A stretch of 64,000 nt of DNA from Cenococcum geophilum (taxonomy: Eukaryota), in the NCBI GenBank assembly GCA_050273025.1, contig CP158635.1, positions 25,234,001 to 25,298,000 on the forward strand, written 5' to 3'. Both the position numbers and the translations under genes were made by a program. The notes under the pieces are model-generated. The model made no database searches, had not been told where the DNA came from, and was given only the letters and a program-made list of their open reading frames with translations. The stretch's first letter is position 1, and each line of letters begins with the position of its first letter. Shown here one piece after another: positions 12,420 to 24,714 of the stretch.

Positions 12420-13491
12420 TAAAAATGTCTATTTAAAGCGAAGTCACGCCTTCCCTCCGAACAGCAACATTAATATCTATCACAATCAGCCTTTCGGCTT
12501 TTCGCTTTAAAATAAGGCTTATTTAATAGAGATTTTGTTATTCATTCGTCTTATAGCCTTAATAATACTATACCGTACGGCGTTGTGTTATTATCGCGAT
12601 AAAACGTCTTACCCCTTAGAGGATCGCGAAGTTTCACATTGCGTCTTTCCACAACAGCTGTTAATAAGTAGTCTTTCCTAACAATTTTTTCCATAGGGTT
12701 TTTTAACAGGTTTTAAATTGACGCTTTCCAGCTTACTATGTCGTCGTCGTTAATAGCCTTTGATATTACCTACCCGAACGGTTTTTAATAATACTCTATA
12801 GGCGTAAAGAGACGACATATATTCCTACTCCTATATTAGTTATTAGGCGCAGGCCTTATACCGCTAGGTTCGTTGTTAATAGCCTTTAATATTACCTAGG
12901 TTCTGGGTTACCTAAACGGTCTTTTAATAATACCCTATAATTGTAAAAAAGACGAGATATATTCCTACTTCTATATTAGTTATAGGGCGTAGGCCTTATA
13001 CCGCTAGTTTTTAACGGTACGCGTTATTTAGGGCAATAAGTGTATAATTATCTACCACTGCTTAAGATAGTAGGGAACCTACTATACAATACAGCAGGCT
13101 AAGATAATTACCCTCTCCTCGGGCCTACACCCCCAATTAATATATTATTTAGAATATATCTCTACCTCTGCGAGCAAGTAAATAGATAAAAATGTCTATT
13201 TAAAGCGAAGTCACGCCTTCCCTCCGAACAGTAATATTAATATCTATTACAATCAGCCTTTCGGCTTTTCGCTTTCCCACCCTCCACCCTATAGATAGAT
13301 TTTGCAGCCTCTTAGGCTTGCGGTAGGCCCGAGGGGGGTAATAAGTGTGTAATTATCTACCACTGCTTAAGATAGTAGGGAACCTACTATGCAATACAGC
13401 AGGCTGAGATGATTACCCTCTCCTCGGGCCTACACCCCCAATCAATACATTATTTAGAATATATCTCTACCTCTACAAGCAAGTGAATAGA
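12420..13491 (-). mobile_element. Non-autonomous Helitron/Helentron-like element, head-to-tail dimer, copy 1 (inside the Copia 3' LTR)
   Basis: Compared with the intact LTR (19394-19614), it is a clean insertion at an A|T site with no TSD. The minus strand starts TCTATTCAC and ends AATAGACATTTTTA. Internal head-to-tail junction at 13186/13187. Same 1072-bp length as the copy at 52487-53558. Confidence 0.8.
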
Positions 13492-16400
13492 TAGTAACCA
13501 CTTGCCTTTATTCCCAACACTAGTAACTCTTCTTTTATAGTTACTATCTATATATATATACCGCTTAACTAGCGTAATAAATATTAATCCTCCTTACTTA
13601 CTATTGCCATTATAATATAAGTCTCGCTATCCCAAAATTTGCCTCTTAGCATATAGTGCTTTCTTACTTAGGAGTTATAGGTAGATATTGTGTTCGGAGG
13701 GCCGCTAAGGCGCTAGTAGTAAGCGAGCTAATAGCGATTTTCTATCCCGGGGATGGAAAATCCTAATTGGCTAGGTTAAGTTAGGGTTTGCAAAATCTAA
13801 CTAATTAAATAACTTTAACCGCTGGTTGAAGTTTCTAAATATCTTAAGACCTTATATAACTAAGAAATTTCTAGGGACTCCCTTTTAACCTAACCTTTAA
13901 CTTATATATGTAGAGTATTTATATTAACAAACGTCTCTAGTGCCTTGTTTAGGTTCGCCTTTATTATTACATCTACCGGATAATCTTAGCTATTAATCTA
14001 TTAAATTTTAAAGAGTTTTTAACGCTTATAGGATTGCCGAAGTGCTATAATATCGATTATGAGGCGCTTCTCTTTTGTGGTACTAAGCTTAACTAAACAC
14101 TCATAGAGGGAATATAAGTTAGTGTATACGATTATAGGGATAATGGGAAGTTTAAGTCGATCTATAATTATCTTTAGGGTAGTTCCAATTGCAATTGCTA
14201 TATTAACTTCGCTAACCATTCTATATATCTCTAATATTAAAATACTTTAGGTAACGCGCTTACTTTTAGTTAAGCTCTAATAGATAAGATTGCTATAGAT
14301 TATAAAGTTATTCTCTCTAGTAAATTTATTTGCGATAATAATTTTATATCCTAACTAGGAGCTAAAATCTTTATTATTTATAAATAATCTATTAACAAAT
14401 ATAAAGAGCTTAGCGGTAGGAAGATTAATAGGCACGTAGAGTAGTCCCCAATTAAGATGGTTTATTTGCTAGGAAAGACATTTATTTAGGGCAAGAACGT
14501 TGTCCTTAGTTAGTTTCTAGTATTAGGTGGTAACGAAGAGATTAAATAAAGCCTTAGGTTAATAGATAGAAGTAATATAAGCTTCGCAAGCGCGTTACTC
14601 CACATATCCTTGCTTTAGGGAATTAATATTAATAACGTTAATCTTTTTACCTTAACCCTTCTAGCGTAAAGCAATAGAATCCTTATTTAGGGAGAGGATA
14701 CATTTATTAAAGAGTAATGGTGTTATTAAATTAAGCTTTTCTTTTAGCTTTACTATAAGATTTGCCTTTACTAACTTATCTTCTTTAAGAGCTAAGAATT
14801 AGTCATCCCCTAAGATAATTGTATTATTAGTTTATATGCTAATAATTCTGAATGGAGTTCCTGTGGTTATAATAAGGAAGTAGGGATCGAATATAGAAGT
14901 AGTTATTAAAAGCTTCTCTTTATGGTGCTTACTGTAGGTAGCCCACTAGTAAGTTCCTACCTCTGCAATTCTATATAATAGCTTAAGTATAACTATAATT
15001 GTATCTTTAGGATACTGGTGGCGAATTTGCTCCGGAAGGTATGCTAATATTAAGCGCTAAAGGTGCATCTCTGATTAGGTATAGGCTTAAGTGATATTTT
15101 ATAAATAAACCGCCATTCTATTCTTTATTAAGGAGGGAGCTAGCGTAATAATAACTTGCTAATTAGCTCGTTAAATTATAAGAGATTGCGTAAGAATTAC
15201 CTCCTTACTATTATTGTTATAACCTTAGATAATAAGCCTTAATTTTTTAAATGGGGCGTTAGTAGCTTTACCTTTAATCTCGTTAACCATTCTTAACTTA
15301 AAGATATGAACTTTATTGAACTTAGTAGGGTTATACTTCTTAAATTTAAAGACTTCTTTTGTGATAAGACTGTTAATCTCCTGCTTATCGGATGCTTGGA
15401 AAGGAGCTTTTAGGGTTATAATATAACCTTCCTTTTAGAGCTATTTTGCGAGCTTAAAGTTAGCCTTCTCTTTACCTGTTATAAAGGCTATTAATAACTC
15501 TACTTTATTCTTAATGGCAGTAATAAATTGTTCTTTAAAATTAATAAGATATTGGCGATTTTATAATCCCTTTGGGCGACCTCTACCGCGTTATAGTTGT
15601 GGCGCATCTACTATAATTATATTGGGATTATAGTTGTCTTCTAGAGCATGTTAATCGTGGTTCTCTTTTAGGGCATCTTTTAGGGCATCCTATAAAGGCT
15701 TGGAATTGTTATCTTTATAGTAAGGCTTAATAATAGTTAAACGGAATTAAGTGGGTCTATAAGGCATCTAAATAGTATAAGTTTAACTATTAATTATAAT
15801 AAGTTAATATAGGCCTAACTATTCTCCCTTTTTATGCTATACGCGTACTTTAGACTGGAGTGGTAGATTAAGCGTAGTTAAGGTATTTGGGCTATTTCTT
15901 ATTCCTAATACGTTATTAACCTAGCGTATAGCGTAGAGACGTTATACCTCCTTTATTGCCTTGCGAATAGCCTTAGCTTATTATATAATAGAGGGAGATA
16001 GTAGAGAATTATTAGTTATTTAAGGGTAGGCGCTAAAGACTAGTAACGTAGGTACGAGTCTATCTAGGCTAGCGGAATTATTAATAGCTTTAACAGCTAT
16101 TTATAAGGTAAGTTTTTTGCTAGCATCCTTTAGTTCTAAAGAGATAATCTTATATACGCGGCGTAATGGCGTATAATATCGCTCTACTTTTCTAATACTA
16201 TTATGCGCCTTAACGGGGACTTTCTTAACCTTAATTGCTATTGCCTTTGTCTATTATCGGAACTCTATAAATAAGAAGTTCTTTCCTATATTATGGACGA
16301 TTTAATTAGGGGGTCCTAGGTAGACATTAATCTAGTATAACTAAAGGGTATTCCATGCATTCCTAGCTGATATATCCTTTAAGAATTATGCGGCTTAGAA

Positions 16401-16551
16401 GGAGGTTAAGAAGTTAATAACTTAGAGTACTAGCTTGCTGCTAAAATATATAACGTCAACAATAATATAGAAGTTGAAGTTGTAGTTATCTTTAAGGGTG
16501 AACTTAAATCGGCTAGGGGACTTCTGGTTTATTTAGTAGTAATAGTAGTAC

Positions 16552-16787
16552 TGTAACCGACTACCAAGGCTCGCATTACCTCGTGGCTCACCACCTCGTA
16601 TGTCTTATATCGTATATCTTACTACCTATTTTCATTACCTATTACCGACTGTAAGCGCTGTCTACCTCGGCAATTATGCATTATCGTTATTATCTTCTTG
16701 TCACCCACTTCGTGTATATATAGACGCTTTAGAGCTACATTTACAATTAAGTCGTTTACTTAATTCTCCCACACTGTAAAGCTTATA
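16552..16787. mobile_element. Solo LTR inserted in the Copia pol
   Basis: TGTAACC...GCTTATA (RIPed -ACA end) with TSD AGTAC (16547-16551 / 16788-16792). Removing it restores the integrase zinc-finger HLTKY|CHYCQ. Confidence 0.85.
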
Positions 16788-19703
16788 AGTACTTTATAAG
16801 ATGCTTAATTGCCTTAACCTTGACTTTATAGCCTGCTCGCTAAAAAACCCTAAGCAATTAATAAACGGATAGGTGGCTAAAACGACGGTATAGTTGGCGT
16901 AATTCTAACTTAGTTAAGTAGCTCTAAGTAATACTCTTTTCTAGTTAATAAAGGAGTAATTAGGGGTGACCTTATTTGCGCACGACGGGTACCTAATTGT
17001 CTCCCTAAATAAGTACATTTTTAAGGTTATTAAGCCTGACGCCTAATTTATTTATATCTTTAATGTAAAATAGAAACGGAGTGTTTATAGGAATAATATG
17101 GAAAGTGATATATCCTAAGGGGGTTTGGACCCTAATTGTGCTAAGAGAGATTATAGTACCCTTACTAAAACGAATTGTATATTAGCCTACCGTTAAATAA
17201 TTAATCTAAACAGAGTTATTAAGCTGCTAAAGGGCTTAAACTTAAGGTTCTCCTACTATAGATAATCCTGCGGCTCTAGTATCTGGTATAATACTATAGA
17301 AGATATTCGCCGAGTATTTATTATTAAAGGAGAACGCGAAGCTCTCCTTTGGCTTATTAAAGATATCTAACTTTGTAATAGAATAGAGCGTAGATTAGTT
17401 ATTAAGAATAGCGACGGTTTATGTGCCATCTACCTTACTATACTTAGTAAAGTATTAGTTAGGAGAGTAGTTTTTAATTTCTATATCCATAAGGAGCTGT
17501 TTGGTCTTATTAACCTTACCCTTAAAATCTTTTACGCCTTTATATTAAACTAGGAAGCTTTAGAAGTAGGCTATAGTAACCTTATAATTTCTAACGTTTC
17601 TTATACTCTAACGGAACTTATTATATGCCTCTTTTTGCTTATTAAGGGAGTGTCTAGTTAACTAGTAATTTGGCTTCTTATAAACGTAGTACTTCTTTTA
17701 GCGATTATTTTGAAATGAACCTCTATAAGGACCTCTATAATTACCTTATAGTTAACATTAATTATACCCTTTACTATATTCCCTACCACGGCCGCTATAT
17801 ATTTAATTAGTCTAGTTATAATTATGTTAGTTAGGAACGCTTAATTAGGTAAAGCTTTTAGTATAGAGCTATTAAGATTCTTATATTTATATCACAGTAC
17901 CTATAGCAGAGCGTAGCTTAGTATATACTCCTTTAAACGTATCCATAGGTTTATATAGCGCTAAGTTACACTTAGGAACGCTATAGTATACTAAAATAAC
18001 CTAGTCCCTTAAGCTGTTCTTATTTTAGTAAGTTTTAGTAAGTCCGCGTTAAATTTTCTAAAGTTTATTAAAGAGTAGTTAAAGGCACTCTAAACAAGTC
18101 TTTATTGGGTTAGAAGCAATAACTCTCTAAAATATAGTCTCTCGCTATTTTGGATATATAAAGTTAGCGATTCTTATTAGTCTTAAAGTGGGCTTTAGTA
18201 AGCTAAAGCATTATATTAAAGCTATAGTTTTTACCCGTAATATAGTTGTAATAGAATGTTGCTGCCCGTCCCTTTAACATAATAGAGAAAGTATAGTAGT
18301 ACTAGTGGTATTAAATTCTAACCTTATTATAATAGTTATAGAAGACCTATAGTTTTGCTCCAAGTATATTATATAATTCTCCTCTAAACTTTTTCTCTTC
18401 GTCTAAATATACCTTTATTAGATTTATAACTTCTTATAGTAAAGGGTTACTAGTTAGCTAGAGTAGAGGAGCTAAAGGCGGCAGAGGTAGAGGACGAGTA
18501 CCTTTAGGTAGGAGAGTACCTCTAAGTAGAAGAGTAGCGTTCTAGGGGTTTTATTCTAAATTAAAGTTACCTTTTAAAGAATATGGGTTAGTTCTGGGTT
18601 TCTATAGTTAACGTATAATCTTAGCTTCCGTCTATACTAGTTCTTCTATACTAGTAATAACAGCCTAAATATTACTAGTAATTAGGTTACCGTTTTCAGT
18701 AATATATACCCCATTCCTACGGAGGAAGTCTTAAAAATCCTAAATAATATTAACATTGCTAAGTACCTAGGTATTAGCGGTCTATCCTACGAAATCCTCC
18801 CTAAAATATTCCTACAGCTATATATCGGCGTAGTGTCTACTTTAGTAGAATATAATATAGTGTAGGAGAAAGCTATTAACTTATTTTGTGGTACAAGTTA
18901 TTATATTAAAGGTAAATTCGTCCCAATTTTTATTAATAAGTTTCGCGTACGAAGCTACCCCTAGTAGTAAGGAGTCTTCCTAGTCGTTTAAAGTAGGCGT
19001 AGCCATATTTTTAAAGGGAGGGAAGTGTTATTGGCGTAGGGATTATCGTTTAGTACGCGTTTATAATATATATTTGTCGTTTAGTACGCGTTTATAACGT
19101 ATATTTGCGATTATAGGGCTTAGGACTAGTTCTAGCCTTATATCGCAAAGACTTATAAAGCGTATTATTCTGCGTAATAGACGCAAGAATCCATAATCTT
19201 AGAAAGGCTTAGGACTAGTTCCGGCCTTTAAATCCTTAGATTTATAGAAGAGTTCTATTTAAGGGTTAGGACCAGTTCTAACCTTAAAAAATAGCTTCCT
19301 TTAGCACAAGTAGCACTAGTATAGTAGCTTATCTCTTTTTAGTGGAATACCTAGCTGCTCTATAGTATAATAGTAAAGTTAACTACTAATTAGTGTTGGT
19401 TATATAAGGGGATATTATATAGCTACGGTTCGTAGATAGTATAATAATTATTCTTCTTATTATAATTCTTAAAGAAAGGGGTAAGGAACTTAAGGTTCCT
19501 CACTACGCTAGTGCCGCGGCGGCACGTAACGGCAACTTGCCGCACATAACGGCAACTTACCACATATAGTGGCAATATGCCTCATATAGTGACCACTTGC
19601 CTTTATTCCCAACAATAGATATAAGTTTCTTTTCTCTCCGCTAACAATATAGCCTTAGCATAGCTATTATATCTATAGGTTCTCTATCCCTAGCGGCTCT
19701 TAT

Positions 19704-21937
19704 CCCTTAACCCGTCGGGGTCCTATGAGTAGGTGGTCTGTGCGCGAACACCAGACTCAAGACTACGCGTGCTCTATATAGAATTCAACCATTAATTACA
19801 CCACTACTATGCCTCGCAATCGCGCTAGAATTGATGCAGACCTTATTCAGAAGACTTAGTATAACGTTCCACTAAATAAGATGGCGAAAACACCCCCCCT
19901 AAAGCCCTGGCCGCTGCCCCATTTTAAACCTCTCCATATTAATAATTGGGACGACCATGGCTTACCAAACCTCCCCTTAGACGTCGATTAGTATGATCCT
20001 TATGAGCTATTTAGCTTATTCTTTATAGAGGATATTATAAATAAGCTTATGGAGTGGATAAATAAGCACGCGAAGCTTTATCCGTCGCATGAGGAAACGG
20101 AGTATACGCGCCCATAGCAGCCAATATATAAGGAGGAACTGTACGCGTACTTTAGTGTGCTTATTTATATAGGCATTACCATAGAATTATGCATTAAGGA
20201 TTACTGGAAGGATTTAGACACCTATGGCACGGAGCATATTGTTAAAAAGTACATTTTAATCATCCGATTTTAGCAGCTTGACCGTTACTTTTGAGCCTTA
20301 CTACCATGGCCAAAGGATAATACAGCACCTAAATCTATATTTGATTGAGTTAATAAGCTTACTAAATATATTCGGCTGACCTATAGGAAGCTTTATACGC
20401 CTAGAACACACCTTGCCGTTAATAAGACGATTTAACGCTTTATAGGCCGTGTACCTAAGATTATTAATATTCCATCTAAACCTATACCAGAAGGCTTTAA
20501 GATATGGATTTTGGCGAATAAGGGCTATATATTGGACTTTATGTGGCACGCCAAAGGTGATAAGAAGGGCCCAGTTGATTTAGATAAGTCTTTTATTAAT
20601 AAAGGCTTTTTAAAGACGCAGGCGGTAGTTCTTAATTTGCTCCTATAAAAAGACACTAAAATAGATAAACGCCTCTACCTACCTGGAAAGCACGTTGTTT
20701 AGCTTAATAATCTATTTATAAGCGTTAAGCTTCTTAGACGACTATAAGGTTTTAGTATTAGAGGCGTAGGAACCGTTTAAATAACTAAAACATAACGTGA
20801 GGAGTAGGGGGACCTTAAAGGCGATATTGAGATAGTTGCAACTATAAAAGAAAAAAAGAAAAAGAAGGTGCCTACTAAGTAAATTAGCCAGACGCTTATA
20901 GAGCTTAAATTAACCCATACGGCATAAATTCCATGGGGAGAATTATATGGCGAGCTTTCTAAAGACGGCTAGGTGATGGAGTTTGCTTGGAAAGACGCCA
21001 ATGTGGTACTTTTTATAAGTACTGTTGACGATAGTAAGCTAAACGCCTCTATAATAAGGCTTAAAAGCTAATGACGTTATATATCGCCAGGTTAATAGAA
21101 GATTAAGGACTTATAAAAACGACCTACTATTACCTCTAGCGGCGCTAAATAGACTCGGAAGGTCTTTGGTGATAAGGTATAAAAGTAGTTGCTTATTCCT
21201 ACCTTTATTTTCTACTACAATTACTATATATGCGGTGTAGATATTGCGGATTAATTATGACAGTATTTTACAACGCAGAGGATCCATAGGTAGACTTGGA
21301 AGCCTCTATTACACTTCCTACTCGATATAGTAATTGGAAATTGCTTCCTACTATCTTTCTACCGTTCTACCGATTGTCGCGAAGGCTGTTATGACGGCTA
21401 TAAGCAGTTTTAAATTAATCTACGCAACGCCTTATTTAAACGCTCGATTCGGAAGCGAAAGGCTCCTATACATAAACACGAATACCTTCCTTAACGCTCT
21501 ATAGACGATATCATATAGGTTCCTACGCAGCTGTATGAGCTAATTAAGATATCTCACAAACCTGTTCACTGCTCAGCTTGCGCAACGGCTAGCAGATATA
21601 CTTAGGTAGAGCATGTAGGACGTCGAAAAGCTCTATCAGATCTTTCACTAAATACTATAAGGAAGCCTCGCGATAGTAAGGAATGGGATAGGCGCAGGCG
21701 TCTTCTAAGGACGCTTTTTGGCTGCAGTATCTGCAAAATACCGTTCTGCAGGAACGACGACTGCTAGAGGCCTTATATCGAGCGACTTAACTCCAAAGAA
21801 TAAACTTATATATCAATTTTGTATGAGAATTAAGTAATATCACCAACTTCGTATTCCTGAGCACGGGTCTTGATTCTATTGATTTGATTGGCTAGCCCTT
21901 ATCGATAACCGTAGGACCCGAATCAACGGGTTAAGGG
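19704..21937 (+). mobile_element. piggyBac-family DNA transposon (DDE_Tnp_1_7-type transposase pseudogene, ~19810-21803)
   Basis: De-RIPed DPYELFSLFF, WQPTCKEELYAYFGVLIHMG, YTPGTHLAVDETIQRFTGR, IPSKPTPEGFKIW, YNHYMCGVDIADQLR and a C-terminal Cys-rich tail (CSAC...GCSICKIPFC). Terminal inverted repeats CCCTTAACCCGT / ACGGGTTAAGGG. Confidence 0.92.
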
Positions 21938-23485
21938 ATAGTATAATTACACTAATTATAACGGAAGCAGTATTTAACACTAACAATAATCCTAAATTAT
22001 AACCAATTAACGTATAGATAATATAGCTAAGAATAGCATAAAGGTTTACTAGGAAGCCTCTATAATATACTATAAGTTTATAAAAACTATACTAAACCTA
22101 AGAGCGACGAAAAAAAGTAAAGGCAAGCTTATTAAACCGCTACTTAAGCTATTATTTATAGGTAAGGGGCTTAGTATAGACAAAGGTGGTGAAGTTGGTA
22201 GTAAAGATATAGTGGCTAGCTACCGTCTATATATTTATTTAAACAATAAATAAGGCGGCTAGAGATTAAGCTATCGAGTATTAAAAGGTTATATCTTAAG
22301 TATATACACTAGACGGGGATTTTATATAGAGGGATTGGCGATTATAAATCGCGAAAGAGGCTAGTAGGATATTAGGTAATTATTAATGTCGTTATATTAT
22401 TAAGAATAGGACGTTCAGGCTAATAAGGGAGTTAAGCAATAGGGTAGAGGCTAAGGATAGAAGTCGCGCCGGCGCAGAGTTAAATCAATCCCCCAAGTAT
22501 TAGTTAATAGTTAGTAGTGGGCTAAAATAACCATAGGATTCCTAGAGGTGGTAAATAGCTTAAGGGCTAATAAGATAGGCAGGAGAGCGAGATAAGGGAG
22601 GAGGCTACAATAGGGTGGTAAAAAGAAAGAAAGGACGTAGTACTTAGGCGTCGCTACTAATATAACTGGACAATAGCTATATCTATTCCTTAAACAAGTA
22701 AACGAACGCCGGAGACCTAATAGGATAATAAGGCTGGTAACTCAGTTCCGGGCGATGGTTAATAGTGTTAGAATCCTTAATTTAAAAGGCAGATAGCGCT
22801 AAAATTGGCATACTAAAACTAGACCGGGTCGAGCTAGTAAATATATACTACCTAAGGTCAGATTATCCGCTTTACTTAACTTAACAAAGGGCCGACGCTG
22901 AGGTTAGGGCTGCTGGCATAGTAGCCGTCAAGATTGCATTTATAGCGCTGGGATAGGTGAGGTTAGCGCGAGTAGCACGGCTACTTGCTAAACTCCCCAC
23001 ACCTTATATATTAAGGAGGAGTAGTCAAATAAGGTTTAAGCCTTAGGATAAGCCTTTTAACACAGCCCTTAATAGCGCTTATATAAGACCTACCTAACTT
23101 TTAAAATATCTTAGTTAATAGTTCTGCTGACCAACTTTAAACGTGCTTTAATATCGCTAATATTAACAACCTTAAGATTAAAATCGTCGCTTTAGCTCTT
23201 TAATAGCATACCGGAATAATCTACTTTAGTTATTACTAAATACCTTAATCTTACCCGTGTCTAATAAATAATTATCTACTTATGTTTTAAGGTCCAAATA
23301 GTACAAATTCGTGTTTTAGAGCCTTACGACTAGAATTAAAAGGCTATATCCTATTATTAATAAAAGCTGGCTAATAGAATTAAATAGGATTAAGGCGTAT
23401 TTACCCACAGTCTACCTCTTATATAACGTCACTAGATACTATAGGTCTTATAAGAGCAATTATAATACTATTTATAGCCCTAGCT

Positions 23486-24344
23486 ATAACGGATACCTCA
23501 AAACCTAACCCTATCGTTTTCTTTAATATTACCCTTAGAGGTAAGGCTTTATATATATAATTTAAGTTAGTCTTTAAGTTTTAGGGTTTAAACACTTTAC
23601 GACATTTTTACATCAAATTTTTTTCCTATTATCCTCCGCCGTTATCTTTATATAATAATAGAATGCAATACTAATAGCTTTTTCATTTAGGAGAGCTACT
23701 GGGCCGAGTCAAAATGGAGGTATATTTATTTTATACTTTATCTTACCCTACCAAAACAGCACCTAATAAAAATTCTTTATTAGCTGTTTAAGGATATAAC
23801 ACCTAAGACCGCTAAGAATTTCCGTTAATTCTATACTAGCGAAACCAAAAATTCCTAAGCCTGGCCGTTAGGCTATAAAAGTTATAAGTTCCATAAAGTA
23901 GTTTATATTACTCTTTAGTTAACCTCCCTCCCTACTAACTAATATAATATAGATTAAAGACTTTATAATCTAAGGTAGAGACTTTATAAACGGCGATAGC
24001 ATAGGCTTAGTAACTATCTACGGCACTTAAAAGTTTGTAGACAAAAATTTTAAACTTAAGCATAATACTGCTAGTCTTTTCTCTATAGCCGTAAGTTATT
24101 ATTTACTTTAGAGGGTGCTTTCAAAAGCTTTAAATAACTAATAGGTATATAGAACTCTAGTAAGGATACTAATAAATATTAATTCTTTATTACGACAGTC
24201 TTTATACCCTTCCTTAATAATAAGCATATAGTGTTTAGTAAGGTCGTTAATAGTATAGACGTTATAAGAAAAATTAAGAATATGCGTACTACTAGAGAGA
24301 AGCTAAACTAGGATATTATAATTGCTTAATATAAAGAGATATAA
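23486..24344 (+). pseudogene. Cyclophilin (PPIase H / U4/U6-type) pseudogene with 4 introns
   Basis: De-RIPed [97 protein letters not shown]. GT...AG introns retained. Confidence 0.9.
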
Positions 24345-24714
24345 TAGAAGTTTAAAACGCAGGTAGGCGCTTTAAGAATTTGGCGATTGGTTTCTACTAA
24401 CTAAAAGTAGCTTAAAGGTACAGCACCTACTTTTAGTAGATAAACGGGTTTAGACCCTACAGACCCTAAACAGGTAAGAAATATAAAGTAGTAAGAAGTT
24501 CTTAAAGAATAGGCCTATTAATTATAAGGATAGGTAAGCTTTACTTATTAAGAACATTTAGGAGACACATCCTATCTATATTTTATAGTGACAGTTACTA
24601 CAGAATCTTAGCCAAATAGTTTGTTACTTGTAACCTTTTATAGTAACTAACTCTAATTATACTAAATAGTTTATAAATAGGAGTAATAATTATATAGCCC
24701 GTGCACTAAAGCTT

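Larger units (their letters stand above)
12227..19614 (-). mobile_element. Full-length Ty1/Copia LTR retrotransposon (GalEa-like), RIP-degraded
   Basis: LTRs at 12227-13519 (interrupted) and 19394-19614, TGTTGG...CCAACA, with TSD ATAGA (12222-12226 / 19615-19619). Minus-strand gag-PR-IN-RT-RH remnants, including the RH end TTKEKRLIIDIIALRQSY (ORF 14019-14219) and RT LYGIAEVGTHW. CTAATTAGT (RIPed CTGATCAGT) directly follows the 5' LTR. Confidence 0.93.
11090..22235 (-). pseudogene. Transmembrane RING-H2 E3 ligase pseudogene, split by a Copia and a piggyBac-type insertion
   Basis: De-RIPed: PLLFFVALGFGVVFTNLW-intron-IIVGVKYCFRYNQRNRA (~22130-21940); RAARDGEPVDMMAMPRPHRRRREKKLMS (19700-19616); MDEVNERFP (~12225-12198); [48 protein letters not shown] (~11770-11627). 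Outer ends approximate. Confidence 0.88.
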
